Notes: generated from the sequence alone by a model not told the origin. Counted from the stretch's first letter, positions 8,120 through 17,068 are shown. The stretch: 64,000 nt of DNA from Candidatus Multivoradales bacterium (GCA_965223155.1 CBDCVR010000014.1:992001-1056000), one strand, 5' to 3'. Program-made: numbers and translations.

Positions 8120-11100
8120 GTGCTCGTCGACGCGCGCATCGTCGAGCTGACCCAAAGCTTCTACGCCTGGGAGCTTCGCGGTCGTGGCTGGGCCCGCTAC
8201 CCCCAACCTGTGGTTCTGGAGCCGGCCTTTCGGCCGTTCCTGAGTCACGAGCTGCCGAGACCGCCCGCGTACGACGACGCTCGACGCCCTACCCTGCTGT
8301 CCTCCCTTGCCGGCCTCGTCAAAGGCGAACGGCCCGAGGAGACGCAATCTCTGCGAGAGATCGAGGAGCCGGATCCGATCCTAGATCCGCGTTCGCCCGA
8401 GAAGGTCGAGCTCGCAGAGTTCGTGGTCGCCCTCCCGCAGGACTCCCGAGTCAGCAGCGGCGCTGTCGTTTCCTGGCTGCGGTCGCTATCGACGATCTCG
8501 GGACCGGCTTCGTTTGAGCTCCTCGGTGGAGGCGGCCGGGTGGAAGTGCGGCTGGCCATTGGCAATGCGGACGTCTCTCAGGCTCTCGGGCAGCTACGGG
8601 CCGTCCTTCCGGAGGCGGTCGTATTGGGGGCGCGAGACTCGCTCATCGAGCGATGGGTCCAGAACGACGGTGGCGTGTTCTCGGCGGTCGAGTTCGGTCT
8701 CGCCAACGAGTTCATGGTGCCGCTGGCTCGGTTCGGACCTAGCGAGGAACCACTGTTGCCGCTTGTGGCTGCCCTGGCCGACGTCGGAAACGATGAGCTG
8801 GGGCTCGTGCAAGTTCTCTTCGAGGAAACGCGAGAGCCCTGGGAAGACAGCCTGCTCCGGTCGGTTGTGACGCCGAGCGGCAAGCCGTTCTTCGCCGATG
8901 CGCCCGAGATCACTGCGGCGGCCAAAGAGAAGGTCTCAACTCCGCTGTATGCGGTGTGTTTGCGCGTCGCTGGCGTCGGTCGTGACGGAGACAGCGCCAC
9001 AGCGGTTGTGAGCCGCTTGGCCGCCGGCCTCTCGCACTTCGGCAATCCGCGAGCCAACGAGCTAATGCCGCTGCCGACCGATGCGTTCGAGATCCTCGAG
9101 TCCGATCTCCTACGACGCACGACGCACCGATCGGGGATGCTGCTTTCTACCGAGGAGCTCGCCTCGCTCGTGCACTTCCCCGGCGCCGGGGTCCGCGTGC
9201 CCGAGCTCTGGCGAGCGAGCGAGAAAACCAAGGCGGCACCCCCTGAGGTCCGCGGTTCCGGCTGCTTCATCGGTAGAAACGAGCACCACCGGGAAGAGAA
9301 CGAGGTCCGGCTCTCCGTCGACGCGAAAACCAAGCACGTTCATGTCGTCGGAAGCTCGGGCACCGGCAAGTCGACCCTGCTGGTGCGGATGATCCTGGAG
9401 GACATCGAGCAAGGCCACGGCGTGGGAGTGCTCGACCCCCACGGCGACCTCATCGCCGAAGTGGCCTCGCGGCTGCCCCAGGAACGGTTCACAGATGTCG
9501 TCTTCTTCGACCCGAGCGAAGACCAGACGGCGATCGGCTGGAACATTCTCGGGGCCCAGTCCGAGACCGAGAAGGATCTACTCGCCTCCGATCTCGTAGG
9601 GGTCTTCCGGCGTCTCTCGACCTCCTGGGGCGACCAGATGACGGCCGTCCTGGCGAACGCCATCCTGGTGTTCCTGGAGTCGAGCTGTGGCGGAACACTC
9701 CTCGAGCTTCGCAAGTTCCTGGTCGACGAGGCGTTTCGCAGGGAGGTGCTCGCGACCGTCGATGACGAGTATGTGGGCTCGTTCTGGGAGACGGAATTTC
9801 CGCTTCTGATCGGACGGAAACCGCAGGCGCCGATCCTGACCCGGCTAGATATGTTCCTGCGGTCGAAGCTCATCCGCCGGATCGTGACCGTGCGGGAGCC
9901 GAAACTGGACTTCCGCGAGGTCACTGACCGCGGATTGATCTTCCTGGGCAAGCTCGCGACCGGCGCGATCGGCGAAGACAACGCGGCGCTTCTGGGGTCA
10001 CTCCTGGTTTCGAAGTTCCACCAGGTGACGATTGCCCGTGAAGCTCAGGCGGTCGAGGATCGGCGTCCGTTCTTTCTCTACATCGACGAGTTCCATCACG
10101 TGGCCACGCCGTCGATGGCCTCCCTCTTCTCAGGTGCGCGCAAATACCGTCTCGGTTTGACCGTAGCGCACCAGGACCTCTTCCAGCTCCACAAGAACGT
10201 CCCTGAGGTCGAGCGTTCGCTCCTGGCGAACGCCTACACGCGGGTCTGCTTCCGGGCAGGCGAGGCGGACGCGCGGGATCTCGCCAAGGGATTCAGCTTC
10301 TTCGAGCCCGAGGATCTTATGGGTCTCGGGCTGGGAGAAGCTGTTTGTCGAGTCGGTGGCCGGGGTGCCGATTTCAACCTCAGGACTGAGAAGCTGCCGG
10401 GTGTCGAGCGGGATGAGGCACGAGCTCGGCTCACGGCACTGCGCCAGATGACCGCGGAGAGGTGGCGAGGTGGAGCTGATGAAACGGTGTCGCCTCCAAG
10501 TCGTGAGGAAGCGCCCAAACCGCCGCCGAAGCCCGCTACCTCCCAGCCGGCGGCGAAACCGCCCGCCTCGGCTGCCAGCGAGCCGACTTCTGCCGCTGAA
10601 CCGGAGACTTCCGAGGCTCCGCAGCCACAGTTGGACAAAGAGGCGCTTGACTACCTCGAGCTCATCGCGAACGAGCCGTTCCTCTCAGTCCGCGAGCGGA
10701 ACGACCAGCTCGGCCTTTCCGCTTGGAAAGGAAACCAGATCAAGAAGACGATCCTGGATGCGAATCTCGTCCGTGAAGTGCCGGTCAATCCCGGGGGGCG
10801 GGGGCAACGATTCAAGCTCTTCGAGTTCACGGCCGCCGGCCGGGATGTTCTCGCCGAGTATGGGATCGAGTCGCCTACCGGCTATGGCAGGGGGGGCGTC
10901 GCCCATCAGTGGTGGGTGAACACCATCGCCGAGTGGCTTGGGGAGCAGGGCCTCTCCCCCGTCGTCGAGGACGACTCCTCGGGTGCCAGGGTCGATCTCG
11001 CCTTTTCGGTCAGCCGCAAGAAGGTGGCCGTCGAGGTCGAGATGGCCGAAGGCCACGCCTTAGAGAACATCCGGAAGGACCTGGAAGCCGGCTACCACTT

Positions 11101-11545
11101 CGTGGTGAGTCTCCTGGATGACTCCGCATCCTTCAAGCGGATCCAGGAAGGTCTGGAATCTGAGACGGGAGACCTTCCTTCGAACGTTCGGGTGGGGGCA
11201 CTTCAAGACTACGCGGAGCTCCTTACCCCGCCCCTTATCCCCCACCCTCCTCCCTCTTTACGACGACCGAAACAAGACAAAGAACCAAGACGCCGCTCTC
11301 GACGGCGTCGGCGAGCCGCAGCGCCTTCGGCCGGCTCGAGTCCGCTCATGGAGCCCGGCGCTTTGACGACGCCGATGGCGGCCGACTACGTCGGTCTCAG
11401 TCCGGCGACGCTCGAAACGATGCGAGTCAGGGGTGGCGGGCCGGTGTTCGTGAAGCTGGGCGCCAGGGTCGTCTACCAGCGGGAGGATCTGGACAAGTGG
11501 TTGGAAGAGCGGAAACGAAAGTCAACCAGTGATCCGGGCCATTAA
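8120..11545 (+). CDS. VirD4/TraD/HerA-like P-loop ATPase fused to a wHTH + PD-(D/E)xK-like region and a C-terminal HTH_17/excisionase-like domain
   Basis: Walker A VVGSSGTGKST, VLDPHGDL, Walker B LYIDEFH, ARKYRLGLTVAHQ. Pro/Ala linker. Then AHQWW...RVDLAF...VAVEVE. Terminal LTTPMAADYVGLSPATLETMRVRGGGPVFVKLGARVVYQREDLDKWL. Confidence 0.85.
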   Translation: MLVDARIVELTQSFYAWELRGRGWARYPQPVVLEPAFRPFLSHELPRPPAYDDARRPTLLSSLAGLVKGERPEETQSLREIEEPDPILDPRSPEKVELAEFVVALPQDSRVSSGAVVSWLRSLSTISGPASFELLGGGGRVEVRLAIGNADVSQALGQLRAVLPEAVVLGARDSLIERWVQNDGGVFSAVEFGLANEFMVPLARFGPSEEPLLPLVAALADVGNDELGLVQVLFEETREPWEDSLLRSVVTPSGKPFFADAPEITAAAKEKVSTPLYAVCLRVAGVGRDGDSATAVVSRLAAGLSHFGNPRANELMPLPTDAFEILESDLLRRTTHRSGMLLSTEELASLVHFPGAGVRVPELWRASEKTKAAPPEVRGSGCFIGRNEHHREENEVRLSVDAKTKHVHVVGSSGTGKSTLLVRMILEDIEQGHGVGVLDPHGDLIAEVASRLPQERFTDVVFFDPSEDQTAIGWNILGAQSETEKDLLASDLVGVFRRLSTSWGDQMTAVLANAILVFLESSCGGTLLELRKFLVDEAFRREVLATVDDEYVGSFWETEFPLLIGRKPQAPILTRLDMFLRSKLIRRIVTVREPKLDFREVTDRGLIFLGKLATGAIGEDNAALLGSLLVSKFHQVTIAREAQAVEDRRPFFLYIDEFHHVATPSMASLFSGARKYRLGLTVAHQDLFQLHKNVPEVERSLLANAYTRVCFRAGEADARDLAKGFSFFEPEDLMGLGLGEAVCRVGGRGADFNLRTEKLPGVERDEARARLTALRQMTAERWRGGADETVSPPSREEAPKPPPKPATSQPAAKPPASAASEPTSAAEPETSEAPQPQLDKEALDYLELIANEPFLSVRERNDQLGLSAWKGNQIKKTILDANLVREVPVNPGGRGQRFKLFEFTAAGRDVLAEYGIESPTGYGRGGVAHQWWVNTIAEWLGEQGLSPVVEDDSSGARVDLAFSVSRKKVAVEVEMAEGHALENIRKDLEAGYHFVVSLLDDSASFKRIQEGLESETGDLPSNVRVGALQDYAELLTPPLIPHPPPSLRRPKQDKEPRRRSRRRRRAAAPSAGSSPLMEPGALTTPMAADYVGLSPATLETMRVRGGGPVFVKLGARVVYQREDLDKWLEERKRKSTSDPGH

Positions 11546-11583
11546 GTACCTAGGACGGATAGACTGTCTATGGAAACTCCCCG

Positions 11584-12786
11584 ATGTCGCTAAGTGAGCT
11601 TTGGAGCAACTCGCCCGAGCAGTTCGAAGGCAAACGCCTGAGCCAGATCATTGCCTTTGCAGGCACGGGCAAGCTCAGCGACAAGTCGCCCGAAGCCAAC
11701 GAATTTCGAGAGTTCCTCTCCCACATACCCTCCAAGTTGTTGGCCTCATTTGCAGAGGAGTGCCTGCAGGGTGGCTTCAAGATGAGCGGTCTGGCACTTC
11801 AGGACATCGTCAACCAGGTCGGAAGGCGCTTGGGCTTCAACGTCGAGGACGGCCGTTATCGGGGCGTCAAAGGCCAGATCGGTTTCGATGGCATCTGGAG
11901 AACCGAGGACGGTCATGCAGTTGTGATCGAGGTCAAGACCACCGATGCTTACCGTATGGACTTGGGTGTCCCGGCAGGCTACCGGCAAGCCCTGATCGAG
12001 GCCGGCTCCATCAAGGAGGCCAGTTCTTCCATTCTCTTTGTTGTGGGCCGCGAGGACACTGGAGATTTGGAGGCTCAGATCCGAGGATCAAAACACGCCT
12101 GGGATATTCGAGTCATCAGCGTGGACGCCCTGCTAAAACTGATGAAGCTCCGAGAAGAGCTTGAGGACCCCCTTATCGTCCAGAAGATCGGCACGATCCT
12201 GACTCCACAGGAGTACACACGAGTAGACGGCATTATCGACGTGGTCTTTCTTACTGCAGAGGACGTTAAGGAAGAAACCGATCCCGAGGATGCCGAGGAC
12301 TCGGCAGTGACCAAGACAAGGTCTCCAGTCGCATTCAACGCCGAGTGCGTTGAACGCGTACAGAAACATCTCGGTCGAAACCTCATCAAGCAGTCACGGG
12401 TTAGCTGGCGATCTCCAGACGGACGTCTGGCCGTCTTGTGTACTGTCTCTCGGGCATACGAGCAACCGGGAATAGTCGGGTATTGGTACGCTTATCACCC
12501 CCACCAGAGAGAGTTCCTCGGCAACGCAGAGAAGGCATTCGCAGCATTCGGGTGCGGCTCGAAGGACATCGTTCTTCTTATCCCAAAAGACGCTCTCGAC
12601 GGTTGGCTAGACGGTCTCCACACGACTACTCGCGATGATGGTAGGAGCTATTGGCACGTGCGGATTCAGAACGAAGGAGGCAAGTTCCGCCTCCTCCGCA
12701 GGGCAGGCTTTGAGTCGGTTGACCTGACTGCGTACTTACTTCCGCCCACGGTCGAAGCCGAGGCGAATGCCGGCCGAAAAGACTGA
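11584..12786 (+). CDS. Stand-alone restriction-endonuclease-like (Mrr-type PD-(D/E)xK) protein
   Basis: LGFNVEDG...IGFDGIW...VVIEVKT is a D...ExK nuclease motif. Lower-GC codon usage. Last gene before the tRNA. Confidence 0.7.
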   Translation: MSLSELWSNSPEQFEGKRLSQIIAFAGTGKLSDKSPEANEFREFLSHIPSKLLASFAEECLQGGFKMSGLALQDIVNQVGRRLGFNVEDGRYRGVKGQIGFDGIWRTEDGHAVVIEVKTTDAYRMDLGVPAGYRQALIEAGSIKEASSSILFVVGREDTGDLEAQIRGSKHAWDIRVISVDALLKLMKLREELEDPLIVQKIGTILTPQEYTRVDGIIDVVFLTAEDVKEETDPEDAEDSAVTKTRSPVAFNAECVERVQKHLGRNLIKQSRVSWRSPDGRLAVLCTVSRAYEQPGIVGYWYAYHPHQREFLGNAEKAFAAFGCGSKDIVLLIPKDALDGWLDGLHTTTRDDGRSYWHVRIQNEGGKFRLLRRAGFESVDLTAYLLPPTVEAEANAGRKD

Positions 12787-12789
12787 CCC

Positions 12790-12807
12790 TGATTGCTATT
12801 TGATTGC
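12790..12807. repeat. Tandem direct repeat TGATTGC (11-bp period), possible integrase arm-type sites
   Basis: TGATTGC at 12790-12796 and 12801-12807, about 50-70 bp from the tRNA 3' end. Confidence 0.4.
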
Positions 12808-12817
12808 CAGAACCAGA

Positions 12818-12841
12818 ACGAGGCACCTCGCGGCGCCTCGT
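12818..12841 (-). terminator. Hairpin downstream of tRNA-Ala (terminator-like)
   Basis: Minus strand ACGAGGCGCC-GCGA-GGTGCCTCGT: 10-bp stem with one G-U pair and a GNRA loop, followed by only a weak T tract (TCTGGTTCT). Confidence 0.55.
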
Positions 12842-12853
12842 AAACTACTGATT
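12841..12853 (-). promoter_or_regulatory. IHF-binding consensus next to the putative att site
   Basis: Minus strand AATCAGTAGTTTA matches WATCARNNNNTTR, 4 bp beyond the tRNA CCA end. Confidence 0.5.
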
Positions 12854-12857
12854 CTAT

Positions 12858-12933
<76 letters not shown>

Positions 12934-12974
12934 AGGTCCCGTTGCGCGGGTAGGCCCTCGTTTGAGGGAGCGTG

Positions 12975-13004
12975 AGTGTAGCCGCGGCTCGCGCGGGGTG
13001 TCAA
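12975..13004 (-). promoter_or_regulatory. Sigma70 promoter of tRNA-Ala
   Basis: Minus strand TTGACA-18 nt-TACACT upstream of the tRNA. Confidence 0.7.
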
Positions 13005-13118
13005 TGATTCGTGGATGTCCGGTCGCGCCCGCCTACCGCGACACGGCGGCCCCTCGCTCGCCCGCCGCCGATCCCCCACCGGCCTGCTGCCGGCCGCTCG
13101 GTGCTGCCTACCGGTTTC

Positions 13119-13604
13119 CTACCACGTCGCCCCGCCTGCGGGCGGGGGCCAGGCCGCTTGGATTCTGCGCAGAAGCGCAATCTGACCGATGTGGTAGCTG
13201 TTGTGGTTGGCGATGAGTTGCAGAATTTCGACGGCGCTCTTCTCGCCGACCTGTTCGGTGAGGTCACCCCGGTCGACCCGCTCCCGGAAGGCCGCGAGAC
13301 CTTCTCGAAACCGGGCCACGGCCTGCTGCCATTCGGCCTCGTCCGCCGGGACCGCGGTTCCCGGCCAACTGAGCGCCGCGTGCTCCGGTGTCGCGGGCTT
13401 GTCGCCCGCCAGCCAGGCCAGGGCGAAGTCGTGCCAGTAGATCAGGTGGTTGACGGTCTGGAAGATGGTGTGGGGACTGCCGGGCACGAAGGCTCCCGCT
13501 TGCTCGGGGGTCAGGCCGTCCAGGCTTTCGGCGGTCTCGGCGTGGGCGCCGCGCCCGGTCAAGGCATCCGAGAAGGCTTTCTGAAACTTCGCTTCGTCGC
13601 TCAT
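13119..13604 (-). CDS. DinB family protein
   Basis: HTIFQTVNHLIYW and ANHNSYHIGQI histidine pattern; GAGGAG RBS. Confidence 0.85.
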   Translation of the reverse strand: MSDEAKFQKAFSDALTGRGAHAETAESLDGLTPEQAGAFVPGSPHTIFQTVNHLIYWHDFALAWLAGDKPATPEHAALSWPGTAVPADEAEWQQAVARFREGLAAFRERVDRGDLTEQVGEKSAVEILQLIANHNSYHIGQIALLRRIQAAWPPPAGGATW

Positions 13605-13779
13605 GGTTCTCCTCGCAGCTGTCGGGAATTCGCAGGTCCGCGTCGGAGTGATTCTACGCGCACGCGAGTTGGCCTGCCCGGGCTCTGCTCGCGCCGCCCA
13701 GGAAGGCCCTGGCTCTCCTTCAAGAGTCCTACGGAGCGGTCCGGAGTGAAACCCGACCGTCCCGGCCTGTTGACCGGAT

Positions 13780-13834
13780 CTCGGCCTGGCCTCGTCCTGG
13801 CCTCAGCCCGGCCTCGTCCCAAACTCGGCGCGAA
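13780..13834. repeat. Five degenerate 11-bp tandem repeats (CTCG/A...)
   Basis: CTCGGCCTGGC, CTCGTCCTGGC, CTCAGCCCGGC, CTCGTCCCAAA, CTCGGCGCGAA in the hflX-dinB intergenic region. Confidence 0.5.
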
Positions 13835-13841
13835 GACTCGC

Positions 13842-15074
13842 CTAGACCGGGCGCGCGGCCGATCGGTCCCGGGGCCGCGTGGCCGCCGAGAGGTCTTGCC
13901 CGGCCAGCATCCTCTGGATCTCAGACTTCAAGTCGTCGAGGCCGGCGCCGGTGCGGGCGGAGACGACGACGGCGTCGGCGGTGTCGCTCGCCGTGGCTTC
14001 CCAGAGGTCGCTCTTGTTGAAGACGGTCAGGATGCGGTTGCGGTCGACTTCGAGGTCGTCGAGAAGGGCTTCGCCGACTTCCATCTGTTCGTGCCACTTG
14101 GGGTGGCCGCGGTCGATGACGTGGAGGACGACGTCGGCGTGGGCGATCTCTTCCAAGGTGCTGCGAAAGGACGCCACGAGGTGATGCGGGAGCTTGCGAA
14201 TGAAGCCCACGGTGTCGGCGAAAACGGCGGTCTCCGAGCCGCCGTTGACACCGATCGAGCCGCGCCGAAGGCGTGGGTCGAGGGTGGCGAAGAGCTTGTC
14301 CTCGGCCTTGACGCCGGCGCGGGTCAGACGGTTGAAGAGGGTTGACTTGCCGGCGTTGGTGTAGCCGGCGAGCGCGATGACCGGGGCCTGGCGCCGGCCG
14401 CGGCGCTGGATGTCCCGGGTCTTTTCGATCTTGGCGAGTTCCTTGCCGAGCTGTTTGATGCGGGTCCGGAGCATGCGCCGGTCGGCCTCGAGCTGGGTCT
14501 CGCCCTCACCGCCGCGCACGCCGATGCCGCCAACCTGCCGCGACAGGTGGGTCCAACGCCGGGTCAGCCGCGGCAGAAGGTAGTTGAGACGCGCGAGCTC
14601 GACTTGGGTGCGAGCCTCGCGGGTGCGGGCACGGAGCTGGAAGAGATCCAAGATGAGGGCGCTCCGGTCCAGGACCGGACGGTCCAGGATCTCTTCGAGC
14701 TTCTTGACCTGGCTGGGGCTCAAATCGTCGTCGAAGATGACGACGTCGGCGGCGAAGCCGGCATCCGAGGCGCCCGGACCCGAGCCGTTCGCGCTCTCGG
14801 TCTTGTCCGAGGCGCCATTGGAGTAGGCCGCCGCCAGCTCCGCGGCCTTGCCCGGCCCGATGAAGGTCTTGGGATGGGGCGCGCGCCGGCGTTGCAGGCC
14901 CCGGCCGACGACCTGGTACTCGGCGCTCCGGGCCAGCTCGGCGAGCTCGTCCAGATGCTCTTCGACCTCCAGGACCGCCTGGCCCTCGCGCACCAGTCCC
15001 ATGAGAAAGGCTTTCTGGCGCTCCGCCGGCTTCCCGGGAGCGCGCCGTTGGGATCGGCCCGCGGATTCCGTCAA
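13842..15074 (-). CDS. hflX: Ribosome-splitting GTPase HflX
   Basis: EARTQVELARLNYLLPRL, GYTNAGKSTL, KLFATLD, DTVGFI, NKSD. Confidence 0.95.
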   Translation of the reverse strand: MTESAGRSQRRAPGKPAERQKAFLMGLVREGQAVLEVEEHLDELAELARSAEYQVVGRGLQRRRAPHPKTFIGPGKAAELAAAYSNGASDKTESANGSGPGASDAGFAADVVIFDDDLSPSQVKKLEEILDRPVLDRSALILDLFQLRARTREARTQVELARLNYLLPRLTRRWTHLSRQVGGIGVRGGEGETQLEADRRMLRTRIKQLGKELAKIEKTRDIQRRGRRQAPVIALAGYTNAGKSTLFNRLTRAGVKAEDKLFATLDPRLRRGSIGVNGGSETAVFADTVGFIRKLPHHLVASFRSTLEEIAHADVVLHVIDRGHPKWHEQMEVGEALLDDLEVDRNRILTVFNKSDLWEATASDTADAVVVSARTGAGLDDLKSEIQRMLAGQDLSAATRPRDRSAARPV

Positions 15075-15083
15075 GGGGGACCG

Positions 15084-15785
15084 CTAGAAGTGAATCGAAA
15101 GACCCGCGTGGCCGGCAACCACCGTGTCGATCGAGTCGAGGTTGGCGAAGTGACCGGAGAGCTCGACCAGGAGTCCGACCTTCTCGGTAAAGAGAAACTC
15201 GCCGGTGATCCCCAGGACCAGACCGACGCTGGTCTCTTCTTCGCGCGGCAGCAAGAGCACGGGTTGGCCGTCGAAGCGGTAGAAGCCCAGCCCCAGGTAG
15301 AGACCCGACTCGTAGAAGCTTTCGGTGAAGCGGTACTCGCCGGCCAGGGTCAGGTACTCGACAGTGGCGTCGCGGAGCCCCGCGATGACCTCGTCACCGA
15401 AGTCGATCTCGCCGCCGCGCAGACCGATCAGGAGCTGGTCTTCGGGCTGAACCGAAAATCCGAGTTGGATCGAGGAGTTGGAAAGCCCCGGATCGTCTTC
15501 GTCGAGGGCGCCGCCGATGCCGGCCAGCAGGTTGAGGCCGTAGGTGAGCGAGCCTTGCGCGTGGGCGGCTCCGGGCAGTAGGCAGAAGACGGCAAGCGCC
15601 GCCAGGAAGGCCGCCAGAGACGGTCGAGCCACCCGAGGAGATCTCGACTTCGACTCCCCGCGGCATGTCGAAGCCGCATGACGGCAACGGCTCCCGCCGG
15701 CCCGGTTCGCGGGCGTCGGCGTTTCGATACCCTGGCTGCGCTGAATGCTCTGGCGGCTCTGGAGGGTCGGGTGCAGTCTCGACAA
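15084..15785 (-). CDS. Small outer-membrane beta-barrel protein
   Basis: Signal-like segment ending AHA-Q, amphipathic beta strands, C-terminal Phe. True start is probably downstream of 15785 (for example GTG 15632). Confidence 0.65.
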   Translation of the reverse strand: MSRLHPTLQSRQSIQRSQGIETPTPANRAGGSRCRHAASTCRGESKSRSPRVARPSLAAFLAALAVFCLLPGAAHAQGSLTYGLNLLAGIGGALDEDDPGLSNSSIQLGFSVQPEDQLLIGLRGGEIDFGDEVIAGLRDATVEYLTLAGEYRFTESFYESGLYLGLGFYRFDGQPVLLLPREEETSVGLVLGITGEFLFTEKVGLLVELSGHFANLDSIDTVVAGHAGLSIHF

Positions 15786-15883
15786 CAGGGGTACTCCTTC
15801 GGGTGCCTCAGCTGATACGGCCCACGGGACCGTTTCGTCTACGAGCGTGAGTATAGCCGGGTCTCATCGCGTCTCTAGAGAGT

Positions 15884-16891
15884 GTGAGAGCGGAGTTGGA
15901 ACGCGACGATCCGAGGCCGGATCGTGCCTGGGCCGCGAGGCGCCGCACCCTCGAGCACGGAAGACGCGCCCTGCGCCGGGTGCTCGATTTCGTCTTGCCC
16001 TGTCCGTGTCTGGCCTGCGACGGAGTCGCCGAGACCGCGTACCGCCTCAACCTCTGCCAACGGTGCTTCGGGCGGCTGCGCCCAGCCCAATCGGCCCAAT
16101 CGGCCCAATCGGGCCGGTCGGGCCGGTCGGGCCGATTGGCGGACCCATCGTCGGCAGGTCGATCGGCGGCATCGGCGGCATCGGCGACCAGCCCCCCGAG
16201 CCGGTGCACGACTTGCGGCACGAGCCTGGTCGAGACCGCCATGTCGCCGGAGCTTGTGCCGGCCCCAGGCGAATCTGCACGGGCGATCCGTTGCCTTGCC
16301 TGCCTCGCCCGGCCCGGTCCGATCGATCGCCTGTGGTTCGGCTGGAGCTACCAGGAGCCGATGACTACGGTGATCCACAAGCTCAAGTTCGGACGGCTCT
16401 CCTATCTCGGCCGGCAGCTCGGCCAGCGTCTCGACACGGTCTTTGGCCGAGAGCTCGAGGAGCAGCTCATCGATGCCGTGGTGCCGGTACCGCTGCACTG
16501 GCGGCGACGACTGCGGCGAGGGTTCAACCAGGCCTGGGAGATCGCCCGGCCGATCGCGCGAGCGCACGGCTGGCCTCTCGAGGCCGCTCTCGGCCGGGCC
16601 AGGCCTACTCCGCCCCAGGCGCGGCGGCGGCGCGCCCAACGCTCCCGGCTGCCGCGCTCGACCTTCGCGGTTCGGGCCGGCCGCAAGATCGAGGGCCGGC
16701 GCTTCCTCCTGGTTGACGACGTCGTCACTACCGGCGCGACCCTCGAGGCCGCCGCGGGGGCCCTCGAACGGGCCGGTTCGGCCTGGATCGGAGCCTTGGT
16801 GGCCGCGCGCACGCCACGGCTGGGGGCGCCGCCGGTCGCCTCCGGGACCGAATCGCCACTCGATCTCGCTCGCGAGGCGGGTCTCTTCTGA
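15884..16891 (+). CDS. comF: ComF family protein (double zinc ribbon + PRTase)
   Basis: Four CxxC pairs, VPVPLHWRRRLRRGFNQA, LLVDDVVTTGATL. Start uncertain. Confidence 0.88.
   Translation: MRAELERDDPRPDRAWAARRRTLEHGRRALRRVLDFVLPCPCLACDGVAETAYRLNLCQRCFGRLRPAQSAQSAQSGRSGRSGRLADPSSAGRSAASAASATSPPSRCTTCGTSLVETAMSPELVPAPGESARAIRCLACLARPGPIDRLWFGWSYQEPMTTVIHKLKFGRLSYLGRQLGQRLDTVFGRELEEQLIDAVVPVPLHWRRRLRRGFNQAWEIARPIARAHGWPLEAALGRARPTPPQARRRRAQRSRLPRSTFAVRAGRKIEGRRFLLVDDVVTTGATLEAAAGALERAGSAWIGALVAARTPRLGAPPVASGTESPLDLAREAGLF
16085..16138 (+). repeat. In-frame 9-bp tandem repeats inside comF
   Basis: GCCCAATCG x3, GGCCGGTCG x2, GGCCGATTG, encoding AQSAQSAQSGRSGRSGRL. Confidence 0.8.
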
Positions 16892-17068
16892 GCTTGCCTT
16901 CTAATGGATAGCACCTCCCCACCGACGAAGACAGAGTCAGCCAAACCGGGCCAAAACCGGGCCAAAGCCCGATAGCTGCACAGAAACGGCCGGCGGATCC
17001 GGAACCTGGCGGACCAAGGTCGAGCGATTCTCGCCGCGGAACGCAAGAAACTCGTAATCAATGGTTCT

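Larger units (their letters stand above)
1..12857. mobile_element. Genomic island (integrative element) at the 3' end of tRNA-Ala; left end lies outside the window
   Basis: Defence and mobility gene content. Visibly more A/T-rich than the flanking core genes, especially 1-7350 and 11550-12850. Abuts the CCA end of tRNA-Ala, with an att-like region at 12790-12857. No integrase is seen within the window. Confidence 0.8.

Noticed and set aside
13780-13834. Possible CRISPR or iteron array
   Set aside because: Units are 11 bp, degenerate and unspaced, with no cas or rep gene. No CRISPR array was seen anywhere in the window.
13011-14345. 444-aa plus-strand ORF
   Set aside because: Antisense shadow of dinB and hflX with no motifs.
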